Shown piece after piece: positions 51,539-62,619 of a DNA stretch of 64,000 nucleotides (positions within the stretch are counted from its first letter, which is position 1; each line of letters begins with the position of its first letter). Source of the stretch: a bacterium (GTDB lineage Bacteria; Zhuqueibacterota; Zhuqueibacteria; Residuimicrobiales; Krinioviventaceae); the NCBI GenBank assembly GCA_963674595.2, contig CAXXFV010000016.1:704001-768000 (forward strand), given 5' to 3'. The translations under genes and the position numbers were made by a program. Under the pieces are notes generated by a model, which worked only from the letters and a program-made list of their open reading frames with translations, was not told the DNA's origin and made no database searches.

Positions 51539-52954
51539 TTATTTTTGTTTTCCTTTTTCAAACCAGTAATGTTCGATCTGTTCCAGGGTCTTGCCTTTTG
51601 TTTCCGGGACCAGTTTCCAGGTAATTAAAAACGCCGGAATACACAGGACGGCAAAAAACCAGAACGTACCGGGTTCACCCATGTTTTCAAAAAACCAGGG
51701 GACAAGTTGTCCGATAAGATAGGTGCCTATCCACAGAGAAAAGGTAGCAATCGCCATTGCCCGGCCTCTGATATAGGTGGGATAAATTTCCGACAAAAGC
51801 GTCCAGATAACCGGACCAAACGAAAAGGCAAAACAGGCAATATACAAGAGTACGAAAATTAAAAGCCAGATTCCGTTGGCTATATTTAAATAGAAAAAGA
51901 GACCAATTAATATAAGAAATATAAACAAACCGGAAACACCCACCATCAACAGCGGTCTTCTGCCAAAATGGTCGATTTTCCAGATGGCGACAAGTGTAAA
52001 CAATACGTTAATCACGCCGATGATGACCTGACTGTTTAATGAACCGCCGACACCGAATCCTGCTTTTTCGAAAATACGTGGACCGTAATAGATGATCGTA
52101 TTAATTCCGGTCAATTGGGACAATATCGCCAGAGACACACCGATAAATAAGGCCAGGCGCAAGCCAGGTTTGAATAATTGGCTTAATGAACCGGTTTCCT
52201 GTTCCAAGGTTTGTCGAATTTCCTGCATTTCTTTTTTTGCTTCTGTGGTACCGACAACCCGTGCCAAAATGCCTTCTGCTTTTTCAGCATGTCCTTTTGC
52301 CGTCAACCACCTTGGACTTTTGGGTACAAAAAATAACAGCAGAAAAAACAAAATTGCGGGTATTGTTTCCGCACCGAACATGCTACGCCAGACCTCATCC
52401 GTAACCACCCATTGTGTAAACGACCACCCGTCCTGAATGGTTGATTTGGTGGCCATCGTTAATAAAAGTGCATTAGAATAATAGGCACAAAGAATACCGA
52501 CGGTTATGGCAAACTGATATAGAGAAACCAAACGTCCCCGGTATTGCGGAGAGGAAATTTCAGAAATATACAGGGGAGATAACATGGACGCCATGCCGAC
52601 ACCGAGTCCGCCGATTAAACGATAAATAATTAGCATGGATTGGGTTATAGCAATCATACAACCAGCGGCTGATACGGCAAACAGAATGGCGGACACGAAT
52701 AACATTCGTTTCCGTCCGAATTTATCAGACAGTGGACCGGCAAAAGCCACGCCGATGATACATCCCAATAATGCAGACCCAACAAACCATCCTTCCATAA
52801 CAGCGTTGAGAGTGAATTTATGTTTTACAAAACCGACAGTCCCTGAAATAACAGCGGTATCAAATCCAAACAAAAAACCGCCCAGTGCGGCAACAAGAGA
52901 AATCGCGAAAAGATATTTCAGACTTCCGTTTTGTGTATTCGAGTTGGTGCTCAT
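51539..52954 (-). CDS. Sugar porter family MFS transporter (XylE/AraE-like)
   Basis: Motifs GGFLFGFDTAVISG, DKFGRK, PLYISE, PKSPRW, QLTGINTIIYY and PETKGKTLE. Confidence 0.93.
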   Translation of the reverse strand: MSTNSNTQNGSLKYLFAISLVAALGGFLFGFDTAVISGTVGFVKHKFTLNAVMEGWFVGSALLGCIIGVAFAGPLSDKFGRKRMLFVSAILFAVSAAGCMIAITQSMLIIYRLIGGLGVGMASMLSPLYISEISSPQYRGRLVSLYQFAITVGILCAYYSNALLLTMATKSTIQDGWSFTQWVVTDEVWRSMFGAETIPAILFFLLLFFVPKSPRWLTAKGHAEKAEGILARVVGTTEAKKEMQEIRQTLEQETGSLSQLFKPGLRLALFIGVSLAILSQLTGINTIIYYGPRIFEKAGFGVGGSLNSQVIIGVINVLFTLVAIWKIDHFGRRPLLMVGVSGLFIFLILIGLFFYLNIANGIWLLIFVLLYIACFAFSFGPVIWTLLSEIYPTYIRGRAMAIATFSLWIGTYLIGQLVPWFFENMGEPGTFWFFAVLCIPAFLITWKLVPETKGKTLEQIEHYWFEKGKQK

Positions 52955-53183
52955 TTAATTCTCCTTTAGCCTATTTTACTTTTGGTCCAATATGGCGTTT
53001 TAGAATTTTTTTAAATATAAAGCGAATGATAAATTTATATGGAAAAATGATACAGGCAGAAAAATATAAAGAAATGTTGTGAATTATCCAAGATATAAGG
53101 TTATAAAATAACCAGGCCGGAAAATAAAATTGTAAAAATTCAATCTTGAAGATATAGATTTTTATTATCATATTGAGTTTGTT

Positions 53184-54905
53184 ATGGAAACTCTGATTAT
53201 ATATTCTAAAAAAGAAAAAAAATGGCTGAAATTTGATCAGCCAAAAGTGGTTTTGCGGGCAAACGCCCTTACCGAAATTAAAGATATGTTGGCTCATATT
53301 GATTTTTATTTGAATAAAGGATTTCACGTTGCCGGTTTTATGAGTTATGAAGCTGCGTCAGCTCTGGATTACGCTCTGCAGACTCATGAGCTAAAACACT
53401 TTCCCTATTGCTGGTTTGGGGTGTTTGAAGCACCGGTGCGGTTTAATTGTTTACCAGATAAAAACAAAGACTATTCCCTGTCCGATTGGCACCCCGAAAT
53501 TAATAAAGAAAAATATGTTCAGGATATAAAAAAGATAAAACAATACATAAAAGAGGGTTATACCTACCAGGTCAACTATACCTATAAGCTAAAAGGTAAA
53601 ATTAAGGGCGATCCGTTTTCTTTTTTTACTGATATAGCATCCAGGCAATCCGAACTGTATGCTGCTTATATTTATATAGACGGTTTTTCGATTTGTTCTT
53701 TTTCACCGGAACTGTTTTTTGAACTGGAAGGTGAAAATATTCAAACGCGCCCTATGAAAGGCACGGGTACCCGTGGGCGTTTTTTAAGTGAAGATATTTT
53801 AAACGCCGAAACACTGGCGGCATGTCCTAAAAATCGTGCTGAAAATGTCATGATTGTCGATATGCTGCGCAATGATCTCGGCCGTGTCGCTCAAATCGGA
53901 ACGGTCACTGTGCCTGAGCTTTACCATATAGAAACCTATCCGACGGTTTTACAAATGACATCAACCGTTCAGGCAAAAACCAATGCTCCTTTCAGTGAAA
54001 TTTTAGCAGCTCTTTTTCCCTGTGCTTCCATTACCGGCGCGCCAAAACCAAAAACCATGCAGATTATTGCCGAACTGGAACCTTTCCCGCGAAATATCTA
54101 TACCGGAAGCATCGGCTATATTTCACCGGACCGGTATGCACAGTTTAATGTGGCAATACGGACGGCATTGATCAATAAAAAAAACAATACGGTTGAATAC
54201 GGTGTTGGCGGCGGCATTGTTTGGGACTCGGATATGGAGAGCGAATGGCAGGAAAGTATTATCAAATCAAAAGTACTAAAATATAAACAGCCCGAGTTTG
54301 ATCTTGTTGAAACACTGCTCTGGGAGCCGCAAAAAGGATTTAGACTTTTGGATTATCATTTGAAACGTCTGCGTGATTCAGCGAGATTTTTTGATTATCA
54401 TTTTTGTAAGGAAAAAATTTTGGATGCCTTGAGGTCGGCGGTGGTGCATTGTAACCAAAATTTTAGAGTACGTTTGCTTTTATCGAAAAAGGGGAGTATA
54501 GATATATCCATAACACCATTTGAAAAATCCGATAAAACAGTGAAAATAAAATTTGCCGAGACTCCCGTTGATTCATCCAATGTGTTTTTGTTTCACAAAA
54601 CAACACACCGGCCCTGGTATTCCGTAGAACACCGGGACCGGATTGATGATTTTCTTTTTTATAATGAAAAAGGGCACATTACCGAAACCACGATTTATAA
54701 CATTGTTGTTGAACATTGCGGTAAACAACTAACCCCGCTTATAACCTGCGGTTTGCTGAACGGGACCTATCGGCAATGGCTGTTGGACCAGGGTCAGGTA
54801 TCCGAAGGGATATTAACCCGTCAGGACGTTGAACAGGCAGAGGCTATCTATTTAATCAACTCGGTCCGCGGATGGCAAAAAGCGGTTTTGACGGACAATT
54901 CCTAA
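53184..54905 (+). CDS. pabB: Aminodeoxychorismate synthase component I fused to a class IV aminotransferase/ADC lyase (PabB-PabC)
   Basis: YQVNY, SPELFF, RPMKGT, ENVMIVDMLRND and FPCASITGAPK; C-terminal HLKRL, HKTTHR and GLLNGTYR. Confidence 0.9.
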   Translation: METLIIYSKKEKKWLKFDQPKVVLRANALTEIKDMLAHIDFYLNKGFHVAGFMSYEAASALDYALQTHELKHFPYCWFGVFEAPVRFNCLPDKNKDYSLSDWHPEINKEKYVQDIKKIKQYIKEGYTYQVNYTYKLKGKIKGDPFSFFTDIASRQSELYAAYIYIDGFSICSFSPELFFELEGENIQTRPMKGTGTRGRFLSEDILNAETLAACPKNRAENVMIVDMLRNDLGRVAQIGTVTVPELYHIETYPTVLQMTSTVQAKTNAPFSEILAALFPCASITGAPKPKTMQIIAELEPFPRNIYTGSIGYISPDRYAQFNVAIRTALINKKNNTVEYGVGGGIVWDSDMESEWQESIIKSKVLKYKQPEFDLVETLLWEPQKGFRLLDYHLKRLRDSARFFDYHFCKEKILDALRSAVVHCNQNFRVRLLLSKKGSIDISITPFEKSDKTVKIKFAETPVDSSNVFLFHKTTHRPWYSVEHRDRIDDFLFYNEKGHITETTIYNIVVEHCGKQLTPLITCGLLNGTYRQWLLDQGQVSEGILTRQDVEQAEAIYLINSVRGWQKAVLTDNS

Positions 54906-56299
54906 TCAAAGGAAATGTTTTTACCGCCAAGAGCAAATGCCGCCTTATTACCGGGAAAGGCGGATGTTCCTGAAAAATTTTGTATTTTGAGGCCGTCTAC
55001 TTTATGGGATTCTATTGCATGTCCGTAATAATCCGGGGGATTTGTTCCCCATTGTACGGAACAGTTTTTCAATGTTATCTGTTCAGCCTCATCGATTAAA
55101 AATCCGCATGTTTCTCTTTTTACCAGTCCATCAATGGCTGTGGGGCGCTGATCATAAACGCCGCCGTCATGTTTGGTCCATTTTTTAATCTCAACCTGAA
55201 CATTTTCGAAAAGGATATTTTCCGGTCTGGCGTCGGAGCATCCTTTTATATAAACTCCGTTTTCACTTTTGCAGATAATATTGTTAAAGCGAATATTTTT
55301 TACCTTGCCAACCTCGGTTTGTTTATCGTTGTTTGGAAACCGGTAGGGACTGGCGTCTGTGTTTCGGGGAATAGATGTTACATATATCGGCTCGGACTTG
55401 CCCCACCAGATATTATCGAAAAACCGGCTTTCAATAATGCAATTGGAAAAGATGACGTTTTCAACACATCCTTCGTCCCGGTTTTGAATGCCGATACCGC
55501 GATTGCTGGATGAAATGATACATGAATCCACGACCATATTACGAATGGCGTCCATGTTTTCACTTCCCAGTTTAATGGCGCAGCTTGTGGAAATGAGTGT
55601 ACAGCCGGTAACGGTTATGTTTTCACAAGGGCCATATTCGGCGTATTCGCGGCGGGTTTTCGGACAAATACAGTCATCTCCCGATTCGATATAGCAGTCA
55701 CTGATACGTACATTGCGGCTGTGGTCAGGATCGATGCCGTCACAGTTTGGCACTTTGAGGCCGTTTAAAATTCGAATGCCATGCACAACAACATCCTCGC
55801 AGCCGACCAAATGAACACACCAATAAGCGGCATTGCTTAATATAACATCTTTGATAGTGACGTTTTTACATCCGATGAGCGTCAACAAATGCGGACGCGG
55901 ATCAAAATCTGTTATCGGTTTTAATTTATAAATTGCCGGTAATTCTTTTTCCATAAATAAATGGCCCTGGCCGTCGATTTCTCCGCCGCCGGTAATGCTG
56001 ATATTCTCGGCATCATCGCCGCCTATCCATATCGTACCTTCGGCGCGGTTTTCGCGAAAAGCGCTTTCCGTATATACGGATTCGTCTGGATTGGCAATTA
56101 TTTTTGCCCCTCGTTCAACATATAATTCAACAAAAGATTTTAATTTAAATGGTCCGGTTAAAAATTGGTGTCCTGCCGGAAAAACGACACGGCCGCCGCC
56201 ATTGCCGGAACATGTGTCAATTGTTTTTTGGATTGCTGCTGCGTTATCTGTTTTGGCGTCACCTTTGGCGCCAAAGTCCAGAACAGAATATAAAGTCAT
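54902..56299 (-). CDS. GH28 family glycoside hydrolase (polygalacturonase-like)
   Basis: Motifs DFGAKGD, PNCDGIDPD, GDDCICPK and AIKLGSE; beta-helix repeats. Confidence 0.88.
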   Translation of the reverse strand: MTLYSVLDFGAKGDAKTDNAAAIQKTIDTCSGNGGGRVVFPAGHQFLTGPFKLKSFVELYVERGAKIIANPDESVYTESAFRENRAEGTIWIGGDDAENISITGGGEIDGQGHLFMEKELPAIYKLKPITDFDPRPHLLTLIGCKNVTIKDVILSNAAYWCVHLVGCEDVVVHGIRILNGLKVPNCDGIDPDHSRNVRISDCYIESGDDCICPKTRREYAEYGPCENITVTGCTLISTSCAIKLGSENMDAIRNMVVDSCIISSSNRGIGIQNRDEGCVENVIFSNCIIESRFFDNIWWGKSEPIYVTSIPRNTDASPYRFPNNDKQTEVGKVKNIRFNNIICKSENGVYIKGCSDARPENILFENVQVEIKKWTKHDGGVYDQRPTAIDGLVKRETCGFLIDEAEQITLKNCSVQWGTNPPDYYGHAIESHKVDGLKIQNFSGTSAFPGNKAAFALGGKNISFD

Positions 56300-56504
56300 G
56301 AAACCTCCGGGTTAATATTTAATCCGTGTTAATATAATGAAAAAACCTTTTTTTTCAGATAAAAAAAGATTTGTTTTACCTGATAAAATTATTATGTTGA
56401 CATATACCAGTATATTTCAGGGATACTGCAACAAGTAAAGAATGTATGATGGTTGTTTAAGATATTATTTTCGATTCTGTTAATTTAGACCAGGAGGGGT
56501 TTTG

Positions 56505-58799
56505 ATGATGAACAATATTTTTTTTCGGGTCGTATTATCCAGTACATTGTTTTTATTTTACTCCTGCCTTTTTAGCAATCCTGTAGAGCCTCCTGTTGAT
56601 TATAAAAGTCTGTATGAACAATTGACGCAAATAGAATTAGACGAGAATTTAGTCTCAGAAATTAATGATATCTATTTAAAGCGTGATGTCGGTATTTTTC
56701 ATTTTAAAAAGGGGAATTTTTATATAACCAAACCAATTGGTGACCGAAGGACCGGTGCATTGTTTGTTGGTAAAGGTGTGTTTGGAATGAAACCGCCAAC
56801 CAAAATTGAGCAGGACCAGTTGGCCCGCTTTTTTAAAAAGGATTCCTTAAAACAGTCTTTCGGGATACTGTATATTATCTTTGCTGATTCGACCTTTGAA
56901 GAACTGTGCCGAAAGACGCGATTTCAACCGGGGAAAATAAGCAAAGATGCAAAAAATCATTTAAAGTACCTGGCTCATCAGGATGACGAAAGCGGCCGGT
57001 TTGAAACATCAATTATGAAAACATTTTTGGAGGGCAGGCATAATGAGTTATTTTATACACTTTTTTATAAAGATAAATTAGCAAAATTTACCTTTTCGGT
57101 TAATCCCTTTGGTATGGAAGAAATTCGGTTTCAGTCTCGGAAGGGTTTAATAAATCAGTTTCACCGGCAGCAGGATTATTTAAATCATACTGATTTTGAT
57201 AAAGAGTCAAAGGACGAATTTCATATACAAAATTATGATATTGAATGCACAATTCCCAAAAATTTGGATTTTTCTGCTCATACAAAGCTTGATTTTAAAA
57301 TGATTGATTCGCAATCAAAGTGGATTTATTTTTATATACATGATGATCTGGAAGTCGATTCTGTAAAATGGGGTGACGGTTCAACGGCCCATTTTTTTCA
57401 TCATAAAAATAATCCGGTAGTTTGGGTTTATAGAAATGATTTTAATCCCGATGAATGTTGCAAACTGTCATTTTATTACCATGGGGATTATTTCAATATT
57501 GACAATTATGGGAATCCGGATTTAAAGTCCACCACGCGATGGTACCCTCAAAGATGGAATGTCGGCCCGAATCCTGTATTCAACATGACATTTCACACAC
57601 ATAAAAGCTTTGATTTTATAGCAAGCGGTGATAAAATTTCTGAAGAAAGTAATGATGATTTTATTACCACGAAATGGAAAACCCCGGGACCGGCTGTTCA
57701 TGCGTCCTTTTGTGTCGGTTATTTTGCTGTTGAGACGGTTCAGGACGAAAGAATTCCACCGATTTCAGCCTATATGTTTGAAAAAGGGCATATACAGAAA
57801 ACTCAAAACCTCGCTGAACGTGGTGTTATCTCCGGACAGAACATGGCTAAACAGGTTGTTGAAGATGTGGCGAACAGTCTTTTCTTTTATCAAAACGTGT
57901 TTGGTGAAACAAATGTCAGTCATTTTAACGCCACAGAAATTATGAAAAAGTATGGGCAGGCATTTCCCGGTATGATACAATTATCCTGGTGGACTTTTCA
58001 AAAGCGAAACCTTGCTGGGTATTCAGAATTGTTTCGGGCTCATGAAGTAGCTCATCAATGGTGGGGATTGGGCCTGGGTTTTCGATTTTATCATGATCAA
58101 TGGCTGGATGAAGCGCTTGCGACATTTTCCGCCCTGTGGTATCTACAGACGGTTTTTCAGGATAATAATAAATATTTTAACATTTTAAAGGAATATCAAC
58201 ACGAGATTTTTAACAATAGAAATTATTTGGTTAAAGACGGACTGGAAGCCGGGCCGGTGTGGCTGGGAAACCGGACCAACACCGTAGCAACAAATGGTGA
58301 TTATGATTTGATTGTTTACAAAAAGGGCGCCTGGATCATGCACATGCTTCGGGTTATAATGCTGGACTTGAGGGATATGAACGAAGACCGTTTTATTAAT
58401 ATGCTTCGGGATTATTATCAAACATATAAAGGTAAAAAAGTTACAACGACGGATTTTTTCAATATTGTTTCAAAACATGTAGATCAGGACATGTCCTGGT
58501 TTTTTGATCAATGGGTCTATGGTGTTGACATCCCGGAATATAAATTCTCTTATTCAATCAAAGAAACCAATATGGGCAGATATTGGGTCAATTGTCGTAT
58601 TTTGCAGAAAAATATGCCGGATGATTTCAAAGCCTACGCTATTGTTGCTGTAGATTTTGGTAACAACCGTTTTGCCAGAAAACGGATTTTAATTGACAAG
58701 CCGGAAGTGCAATTCAAGTTTCCAACGTTTACAGAAAAACCGCTTAAAGTCATTTTTAACGATTTTAGCTCTGTTTTGTGTAAGGTTGAACTGGAGTAG
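56505..58799 (+). CDS. M1-family zinc aminopeptidase, secreted
   Basis: HEVAHQWWG...WLDEALA, YKKGAW.MHMLR and FFDQWVYG; RBS aggagg. Confidence 0.85.
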   Translation: MMNNIFFRVVLSSTLFLFYSCLFSNPVEPPVDYKSLYEQLTQIELDENLVSEINDIYLKRDVGIFHFKKGNFYITKPIGDRRTGALFVGKGVFGMKPPTKIEQDQLARFFKKDSLKQSFGILYIIFADSTFEELCRKTRFQPGKISKDAKNHLKYLAHQDDESGRFETSIMKTFLEGRHNELFYTLFYKDKLAKFTFSVNPFGMEEIRFQSRKGLINQFHRQQDYLNHTDFDKESKDEFHIQNYDIECTIPKNLDFSAHTKLDFKMIDSQSKWIYFYIHDDLEVDSVKWGDGSTAHFFHHKNNPVVWVYRNDFNPDECCKLSFYYHGDYFNIDNYGNPDLKSTTRWYPQRWNVGPNPVFNMTFHTHKSFDFIASGDKISEESNDDFITTKWKTPGPAVHASFCVGYFAVETVQDERIPPISAYMFEKGHIQKTQNLAERGVISGQNMAKQVVEDVANSLFFYQNVFGETNVSHFNATEIMKKYGQAFPGMIQLSWWTFQKRNLAGYSELFRAHEVAHQWWGLGLGFRFYHDQWLDEALATFSALWYLQTVFQDNNKYFNILKEYQHEIFNNRNYLVKDGLEAGPVWLGNRTNTVATNGDYDLIVYKKGAWIMHMLRVIMLDLRDMNEDRFINMLRDYYQTYKGKKVTTTDFFNIVSKHVDQDMSWFFDQWVYGVDIPEYKFSYSIKETNMGRYWVNCRILQKNMPDDFKAYAIVAVDFGNNRFARKRILIDKPEVQFKFPTFTEKPLKVIFNDFSSVLCKVELE

Positions 58800-58902
58800 G
58801 TTGCCGTGTTGGGGCGACAATCTGCTTAAAAAAAACTCCCTTTTTAAAATTTGGGGACATTGGATAATTATATAACCATTCACATAAATACAAGGATTCT
58901 AT

Positions 58903-59904
58903 ATGAGATGTGTGTTTTTAGCGTTAATGATTTTTATAACAAGCGGTTATGCGCAGCAATCAACGGCACGGTTTTTACTTTGGCAGCCCAGCGCCCGGTC
59001 CATGGCCATGGGCGGAGTTGGTACGGCCTTGCATGAGAACGGCTTTTCCGCCTATTATAATCCGGCAGGATTAGGCTTTGCCAATTCACTACAGCTTGAC
59101 GGATCATTTACACGGCCTTATTCCTTTTTCGAAAACATGACTCATTTTTACTCATCGCTGGTACTTCCAGGAACAAATCTTGGTGTGTTTGCTCTTTCTT
59201 TTAATGCTATTTGGAAAGACATAGATGCTGTTTGTTCTGAGGTCGGCCCCGATGTATTCAGAATTGATGATGATTTGAGTTGGAGCAACCCGACACATTT
59301 TGATGCCAAGCTGACTTATGCTTTGCTTCTATCAAAAAATGTTACAATGGGAATGAATGTCAGTTTTTTCAAGATGAATACAACAAAAGTATTTATAAAC
59401 GAGAGAGATACTTTTTTTAATTTATTATTTGGGTGTGGAATATTAGCTAAAAATCTATTTTCAAATCTAACCTATCGTGACGGCCGGGTGAACAAAAATG
59501 TCAATTCCGGAATTAGTTTGGGGTGTGCTGTTTTAAATGCCGGGCAGAAAATTATATTTATCGATGCCCAACAGGCAGACCCGCCGCCGACATACATGAT
59601 GCTGGGTTGCACTTATACGCCTGTTATTATGGAAAATTTTTCCTGGCTGGTAGCGGCTGATTTTGAAAAACAACTGTTTGAATCGTCTGTTTTTGATTAT
59701 GTGCATTTCGGGACTGAAGCCCGGTTGTTTGATATTATTAATCTTCGTACCGGCTATGCTCTTGATACTTATGAATCTCAGACTTCCTATGCGACCTATG
59801 GTTTTGGCCTTTGTCTGTTTTTCTTTGATTTAAATGTTGCCCGTTACAACCGTTCTTTATTACCGGCCTGGCATTTTGAGGCCTCTGTAAAAATGGAGAT
59901 ATAA
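58903..59904 (+). CDS. PorV/PorQ-family outer-membrane beta-barrel (T9SS shuttle-like)
   Basis: FLLWQPSARSMAMGG...AYYNPAGL and QADPPPT; amphipathic beta-strands. Confidence 0.8.
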   Translation: MRCVFLALMIFITSGYAQQSTARFLLWQPSARSMAMGGVGTALHENGFSAYYNPAGLGFANSLQLDGSFTRPYSFFENMTHFYSSLVLPGTNLGVFALSFNAIWKDIDAVCSEVGPDVFRIDDDLSWSNPTHFDAKLTYALLLSKNVTMGMNVSFFKMNTTKVFINERDTFFNLLFGCGILAKNLFSNLTYRDGRVNKNVNSGISLGCAVLNAGQKIIFIDAQQADPPPTYMMLGCTYTPVIMENFSWLVAADFEKQLFESSVFDYVHFGTEARLFDIINLRTGYALDTYESQTSYATYGFGLCLFFFDLNVARYNRSLLPAWHFEASVKMEI

Positions 59905-59906
59905 AA

Positions 59907-60293
59907 ATGAAAAAATTATTGTTTTTAATATGTATGACAGTATTGTTTGCCTGCGAGTCCCCGACTATTATGGCTATTGTTAAAGATGGTGAAAGTGTGG
60001 ACCAGCTTAATAATGCCAAGTTTGTGCTTTACCAAAATTACCCAAATCCATTTAATCCAACAACGTCAATTGAATATAAAGTATATGCCCCTGTGAAATT
60101 GCAAATGAATGTGTACACCGAAGACTGGCAAAAGGTGGCCACAATTGTCGATGGGTATCATGAACCTAAATCTTATCAAGTTTGTTTTTCATGCAGAACG
60201 GATAATAATGATGAATTACCAAGCGGGGAATATTTTTATACTCTTGAGGGCGATGGTGTGGTTCTGGTCCGCCGGATGAAACTTGTTAAATAA
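59907..60293 (+). CDS. Small lipoprotein consisting of a T9SS type-A CTD/FlgD Ig-like domain
   Basis: Lipobox LFAC; LYQNYPNPFNPTTSIEY...LPSGEYFYTL...RRMKLVK. Confidence 0.8.
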   Translation: MKKLLFLICMTVLFACESPTIMAIVKDGESVDQLNNAKFVLYQNYPNPFNPTTSIEYKVYAPVKLQMNVYTEDWQKVATIVDGYHEPKSYQVCFSCRTDNNDELPSGEYFYTLEGDGVVLVRRMKLVK

Positions 60294-60331
60294 GGACCAT
60301 TTTATATCAGGCGAATATAGAGGATAATCCA

Positions 60332-62362
60332 TTGTTCATTTTCAGAAAAAATGAAAGGGAACTGATGCGTCGAAATAATTACACAGAACCGAAATTTATA
60401 AATCTGCAAAAAGCTTTAATATGGGTGTTTGTTACAATGTTGATCGTTTCCGGCACCGTAAGGGGTGCGGAACAGGACAAATCTTTTCGTATTTTGGAAA
60501 AACCGGAAAAGTGGATCTGTTGTCAGACAGAAAATTTTACCATTTTTAGCAATGCCAAAGAGAAAAAGACAAAAAATATCGGTCTTAAGCTGGAAATGTT
60601 TCGCAAAACACTGCAGTTGCTTTCCGGTATAGCATCACTCAATTCTCCTGTTCCCACCTATATTTTTGTGTTTAAAGATGACAAGTCTTTTGAACCTTTT
60701 ATATATGAAAGAAGCAAAGAATCAGCCCAGGTGATTGGATTTTTTATTAATCATTCCGATGCCAACTATATTGCGCTCAATGCGGAACATCCTGATTTGC
60801 AGACGATTTTTCATGAGTATATTCATTTTTTTGTTGAATACAATATGCCGGCTTTACCCTTGTGGTATAACGAAGGTCTGGCTGAGTATTACAGCACCAT
60901 GGAAATTGACGATGATAAAGTTGTGGTCGGGCGTGTTATAGACAATCATTTGGCATTTTTATGGACTGTCGGGAAAATTAATCTACAAGAATTATATAAT
61001 ACAGAGTATGGTGCTTTAAATTATGAAAATGCGGACGATGCAATTAATTTTTATGCACAATCCTGGTTGTTTATACATTATCTTTTTCACAGCGGCAATA
61101 ATGAATTGTTGGCCCAGGTGGACAAATTTATTAATTTTACAAGTCAGGGAAAGGATCCAAAAGAGGCCTTTCAAACTGCTTTTTCTGCCGGTGATTCTTT
61201 TTACGAAAACGAACTTTTGGGATATTCGCAGCAAAAACATTTCAAATGCACCATGATTCGTTCTGATGAATTGCATGTAAATGAACAAGTCGATATTTCT
61301 CCGCTCAATTATGACGATACGCTTTATCGTTTGGGTGATTTGTTGGCAAGAACCGGTAAGGGGCAATTTGATGACGCTAATAAGTTTTTTGCCAAGTCTG
61401 TCTCTGTTAATCCGGATTTTGCGTTAGCTTATACCGGGCTGGCTTACCTGGCTGAAAAAAAAGGTGAAAGACAAACAGCCTTGGAATATTGTCAGCAAGC
61501 TGTTGAAAAGGCCCCACTTGATCCGTTTGTGCAGTATAAATATGGCCGTTGTTTAATTTCTACACAGATTATAAATCATTTTCTTCGCACACAGGAAGCT
61601 GAAGCGGCTGTTAAAGCACGCGGGGCATTCCAGGTTGTTATAAATAACAAACCTGAGTTAATCGACGCTTATGCCGGATTTGGAGAAACCTTTATTTATG
61701 ACAAATCCAGCCCTGCGACACCGGGAATTGCTGCACTGCAGGTTGCCCTGAAAAAGATGCCGTCCCGAATGGATGTTGCAACAAATCTGCTTATACTTTA
61801 TGGTCGAAAGGGAGATTTAAAAAGCGCCCACTATATATATGATAATATTATAAAACCACGTGGTAATCTTTTTGACGTGAAAACTGCTGAAGAAAAACTG
61901 CTTTCTTTTAAGATTGAACAATATGGAAAAGAGCTTGCTCATGGAAATCGTCAACAAGCTTTGGAAAATTTGAAAAAAATTCAATCGACTGTAAAGGATA
62001 AAAATTTACAGGAACGAATTAATAACATGTTGGCAAAGGACGATTATTTATATTATCATGACCTATATTTAAAAGCTTCAAGAATCGGTGATGAACATGA
62101 CTTTGAACAGGCTTATAAATTGTTGAATGAGGTTATTAAAGGTTGCCGGGATTCTGTTTTGGTAAGTGACAGTCGTAAGCATTACAGACGGTTGACCCTA
62201 AAACAGCATGTACAGTGGTTTAATGAGGCAAGGGCGTTTTTTCGCGAGAACCAGTTTGCGAAAGCAAAGGTGTTGTTGGAAAAAATTGTCGCAAACCCGG
62301 TTGATCAAAATCTTGCTAAAGAAGCTCAGGAATTTTTGGATTTTATTTTAAAAAACAGCTAG
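60332..62362 (+). CDS. DUF1570-like zincin domain plus TPR repeats
   Basis: HEYIH...PLWYNEGLAEY followed by TPR helices. The start could instead be ATG 60365. Confidence 0.75.
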   Translation: MFIFRKNERELMRRNNYTEPKFINLQKALIWVFVTMLIVSGTVRGAEQDKSFRILEKPEKWICCQTENFTIFSNAKEKKTKNIGLKLEMFRKTLQLLSGIASLNSPVPTYIFVFKDDKSFEPFIYERSKESAQVIGFFINHSDANYIALNAEHPDLQTIFHEYIHFFVEYNMPALPLWYNEGLAEYYSTMEIDDDKVVVGRVIDNHLAFLWTVGKINLQELYNTEYGALNYENADDAINFYAQSWLFIHYLFHSGNNELLAQVDKFINFTSQGKDPKEAFQTAFSAGDSFYENELLGYSQQKHFKCTMIRSDELHVNEQVDISPLNYDDTLYRLGDLLARTGKGQFDDANKFFAKSVSVNPDFALAYTGLAYLAEKKGERQTALEYCQQAVEKAPLDPFVQYKYGRCLISTQIINHFLRTQEAEAAVKARGAFQVVINNKPELIDAYAGFGETFIYDKSSPATPGIAALQVALKKMPSRMDVATNLLILYGRKGDLKSAHYIYDNIIKPRGNLFDVKTAEEKLLSFKIEQYGKELAHGNRQQALENLKKIQSTVKDKNLQERINNMLAKDDYLYYHDLYLKASRIGDEHDFEQAYKLLNEVIKGCRDSVLVSDSRKHYRRLTLKQHVQWFNEARAFFRENQFAKAKVLLEKIVANPVDQNLAKEAQEFLDFILKNS

Positions 62363-62619
62363 TGTAAATATACCGGATCAGGCAGATATAATTCAGTTTT
62401 GGTGGTCAATTTTTTTTCAGGAATAGTTAATAAATTTGTTTGGTGCAAAATTTGCAATATATCACTGTGAAAGTTGTACTGAAATGTCAACGCCATAATA
62501 ACAATGAGTTATGATGGTAGTTAATTGTGTATATTCCCTATCATAACCGCAAGTATGTATTTTATGTCACAGTTTTGTTATTAAAAATGAGTTTGATAAC
62601 CAAAAAGCAAAATATTCCT

